From Candidatus Moraniibacteriota bacterium (lineage in GTDB: Bacteria; Patescibacteriota; Minisyncoccia; Moranbacterales; GCA-2747515), in NCBI GenBank assembly GCA_027031495.1, contig JALVQA010000004.1:56070-120069 (forward strand): a stretch of 64,000 nucleotides of DNA, read 5' to 3'. This document shows positions 61,426 to 64,000 of this stretch, in pieces. The notes under the pieces are model-generated. The model was not told the origin of the DNA. It worked only from the letters and a program-made list of their open reading frames with translations, and did not search any database. Within the stretch, counting starts at the first letter, position 1; the number at the start of each line of letters is the position of its first letter. Position numbers and translations under genes: made by a program.

Positions 61426-61803
61426 ATGAAAAATATGTCATTTATTAAAAGTGGTGTTGCTGCAAGTATTGTGAGTGTGTTCTCATTGACAGCGCAGAGC
61501 ACACATGCTCAGCTTCTTAGCCCTGATGTGCTGAAAGATGAGACAGGCCTTCCTCTCAACAACATCATTGACATCCTTACACATATCATGCAGTGGATGC
61601 TGGCACTAGTATCTGTATTGGCGGTGATTAGTTTTGTTATTTCTGGTATCCTCTACCTTACTGCTGGCGGTGATGAAGATCAACTTGGCCGTGCACGACG
61701 CGCTTTTGTTGGGGCTATTTTTGGTGTTATTGTATCTCTGGTTGGCCTTATTGTTATTCAGGCAGTGCAGAAAGTTCTCTCTGGTGAGGGTACAGTATTT
61801 TAA
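61426..61803 (+). CDS. Pilin-like protein
   Basis: SGILYLTAGGDEDQ. Confidence 0.8.
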   Translation: MKNMSFIKSGVAASIVSVFSLTAQSTHAQLLSPDVLKDETGLPLNNIIDILTHIMQWMLALVSVLAVISFVISGILYLTAGGDEDQLGRARRAFVGAIFGVIVSLVGLIVIQAVQKVLSGEGTVF

Positions 61804-61945
61804 TTTGTCGCATAAACAAATCATGTTATAATGGAAGTGTGTGTTGATATGGTTTTCTGTCAAGAGGTGAACAAAGATATAAATAAAAAAATAATATTCT
61901 CATTATGAATGAGATAAATATGCAAAAGAAAGGAGGTGGAAACAT

Positions 61946-62320
61946 ATGAAAAAGGCTATCTATAGTGCTGTAACATCGCTACTTGCTTTGCCTGCGCTTG
62001 TACGTGCTGGTGATGCTGGCGCTGGTGCTGGCGCTGGAAAATATATACCTGACGTTGACCTTCCAGAGGGCGATGGTACCGGTGTTCTTGGTATTGCAAG
62101 AAAGATCATGAAGTGGCTGCTGACACTTGTTGGTATTATCGCTATTATCGCGTTTGTTATTGCTGGTATTCTATACTTGACGGCAGCAGGTGACGAAGAC
62201 CAGATTGGAAGAGCGAAGAAGGCAATGATTAACTCTATCATCGGTGTGATTGTTGCATTGCTCGGTCTTATCGTTCTTAAGGCTGTTGACAATATGCTTA
62301 GAGCGAAAGATGAATGGTAA
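61946..62320 (+). CDS. Pilin-like protein, candidate major pilin
   Basis: AGILYLTAAGDEDQ; strong RBS AAGGAGGTG and its own terminator. Confidence 0.8.
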   Translation: MKKAIYSAVTSLLALPALVRAGDAGAGAGAGKYIPDVDLPEGDGTGVLGIARKIMKWLLTLVGIIAIIAFVIAGILYLTAAGDEDQIGRAKKAMINSIIGVIVALLGLIVLKAVDNMLRAKDEW

Positions 62321-62417
62321 ATCTCCTCGTTGCAACGAGAGAAAACAAGTGAGGGTTCCCCCTTGCTTGTTTTTTTTGTGGTACGATGTATACTATAAGG
62401 TAGTATAATATTTTTTT

Positions 62418-62831
62418 ATGTATAAAATTAAAATGAAAATTCTTGCAACAATTCTTATGATGATTGCACTTCCCGCATCAGTATATGCTTTTGATGCAGG
62501 TGATGTTGCAAGTGCAGTCGGTGATGCGGTCGGTAATTTTAATATGGGAATTGGTTATGCTGGCATTAAAACCTTTGGCTTTAAGCCAACGACAATTACG
62601 GGTGTTGTCACCGCTACTATGAAATGGCTTATCGGCATCGTCGGCTCGGTCGCAATTATCATGTTTGTTGTTGCCGGTATTATGTATATGACATCGGCTG
62701 GCGATGAAACACAGGCGGAAAATGCAAAAAAAACGGCACGTTACGCGCTTTATGGCACAATTGTTGCACTTGGCAGTATGGTTGTTCTTCAAGCAATCTC
62801 CGTGATGCTAAAAGGGTCACCGGATTTTTAA
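62418..62831 (+). CDS. Pilin-like protein
   Basis: AGIMYMTSAGDETQAENAKK. Confidence 0.8.
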   Translation: MYKIKMKILATILMMIALPASVYAFDAGDVASAVGDAVGNFNMGIGYAGIKTFGFKPTTITGVVTATMKWLIGIVGSVAIIMFVVAGIMYMTSAGDETQAENAKKTARYALYGTIVALGSMVVLQAISVMLKGSPDF

Positions 62832-62855
62832 TTTTTTACGTTTTAATTTTTAATT

Positions 62856-63248
62856 ATGCGTATCGTTAGAAATATATTTTTCGCTAGTTTATTATCTCTT
62901 GTGTTCATTCATGCAGCTTTTGGCTTTGAATGTCCTCAAGGCGATGGCTTAAAAATGAAAAAGATCGCTGGTGTGTGCGTGCAGGATTCTGGTCTTTCCG
63001 AACAGAAGATAGAGGTTATTTTAGTCACTGTTTCAAGCTGGCTTGCGTTTATGTTCGGCTCTGTTGCGATTGTTGTTCTGCTTGTCTGTGGCTTTCAATA
63101 CCTTCTTGCTGCCGGTGATGACACGCAGGCAGAGAATGCGAAGCGGTGCATAAAGTGGTCTGTTGTCGGGATTCTTGTTGCCGGCCTTGCATTTACAATT
63201 ACAAAGACGATTGCGTGGCTCGTTATGGGACTTCCGCCACTGTTTTAG
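62856..63248 (+). CDS. Pilin-like protein
   Basis: CGFQYLLAAGDDTQAENAKRC. Confidence 0.8.
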   Translation: MRIVRNIFFASLLSLVFIHAAFGFECPQGDGLKMKKIAGVCVQDSGLSEQKIEVILVTVSSWLAFMFGSVAIVVLLVCGFQYLLAAGDDTQAENAKRCIKWSVVGILVAGLAFTITKTIAWLVMGLPPLF

Positions 63249-63280
63249 TGTTGGATTATTTTTGTATCATAAATAGATAT

Positions 63281-63733
63281 ATGATGAGATACCTTTCTTT
63301 AATAGCACTTCTTTTCTCTTTTCTCTCCGTGTTTTTTGTTTATAACATGTCCTATACGTATGCGCTTAGTGGTAAAGGTGAAGCAGAATGTCTCGCGCAG
63401 GGCGGCAAAGTTGTCGGTACGCTTTGTTTGCCAACAAAACAAAAAACTGACCTTCCCGACAAGAAGATTCCTGCCATTTTAGCAAAAATTTCAGATTGGA
63501 TTGCCTATGTTTTTGGTTCTCTTGCCATCATTACATTTATTATCTGTGGCTTTCAATACCTTCTTGCTGCCGGTGATGACACGCAGGCGGAGAATGCGAA
63601 GCGCTGTATGAAGTGGGCCATAATTGGTGTTGCTACTGCAGGATCTGCAATGGTAGTTATGAGAGTTTTAGAAAGTCTCATAAATGCGTCATGGTCTCCG
63701 TTTTCGTGGTCTATGGTGCTCCCGGGATTATAA
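63281..63733 (+). CDS. Pilin-like protein
   Basis: CGFQYLLAAGDDTQAENAKRC; start reassigned to 63281. Confidence 0.78.
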   Translation: MMRYLSLIALLFSFLSVFFVYNMSYTYALSGKGEAECLAQGGKVVGTLCLPTKQKTDLPDKKIPAILAKISDWIAYVFGSLAIITFIICGFQYLLAAGDDTQAENAKRCMKWAIIGVATAGSAMVVMRVLESLINASWSPFSWSMVLPGL

Positions 63734-63752
63734 AGTTAATAGCAAAGAAGCA

Positions 63753-64000
63753 ATGAAATATTTTATTTTTTCACTAGTACTTATTGCACTTTCTTATGCA
63801 CTAACAGCTAGTGCCCTTGATGCGAATTGTCTTGCAAAGGGTGGTGTCTTAAACGGATGGATGCAGGGCGTTCACTGTGCAAATGACGCGTCAGGTCTTG
63901 AAAATACAAAAATAAAAAATATTATCAATGCCATAATGCTATGGATTATTACGCTTGTTGGCATTCTTTCCATTATCGCATTTGCCATTGCCGGTATTTT
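63753..64000 (+). CDS. Pilin-like protein, truncated by the window end
   Basis: MKYFIFSLVLIALSY...WIITLVGILSIIAFAIAGI. Confidence 0.7.
   Translation, partial: MKYFIFSLVLIALSYALTASALDANCLAKGGVLNGWMQGVHCANDASGLENTKIKNIINAIMLWIITLVGILSIIAFAIAGI

Overview
Origin-proximal 64 kb of a bacterial chromosome. The gene content (VirB2/TrbC-like pilin array, short TsaB, DUF4446, compact housekeeping genes) points to a Patescibacteria/CPR (Parcubacteria-like) genome; this is inference. Housekeeping genes include nrdA (partial), sod, ahpC, PBP1A, ruvC/yebC, ruvB, dciA-dnaN-dnaA with a bipartite oriC, infB, rplS, 11 tRNAs, zur-znuACB, udg-nrnA-rbfA, murA-mreB, a glycan cluster, yidC-rnpA-rpmH and a CCA-adding enzyme. 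The most unusual signal is at 9.7-11.35 kb: two promoter-driven, highly structured non-coding RNAs on the minus strand flank a small orphan gene. The upstream ~570-650 nt RNA carries two copies of a bipartite motif (UUAGGC hairpin loop, then GAGGAGAGAG). Its exact antiparallel complement (CUCUCUCCUC, then GCCUAA) lies in apparently unpaired segments of the downstream ~300 nt RNA. Other notable items: an integron-like locus with a short integrase lacking the IntI insertion and two cassettes with self-complementary ends; seven perfect parS palindromes in 870 bp; a 6S-like RNA; an NrdR box before ahpC-sod-nrdA; all 11 tRNA genes ending N73-C-A rather than CCA; IS30 remnants around a secreted SLH-FAD oxidoreductase and a glyS-pepA deletion chimera; and an array of at least 9 pilin genes. 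RNA structures were derived by eye, not computed.
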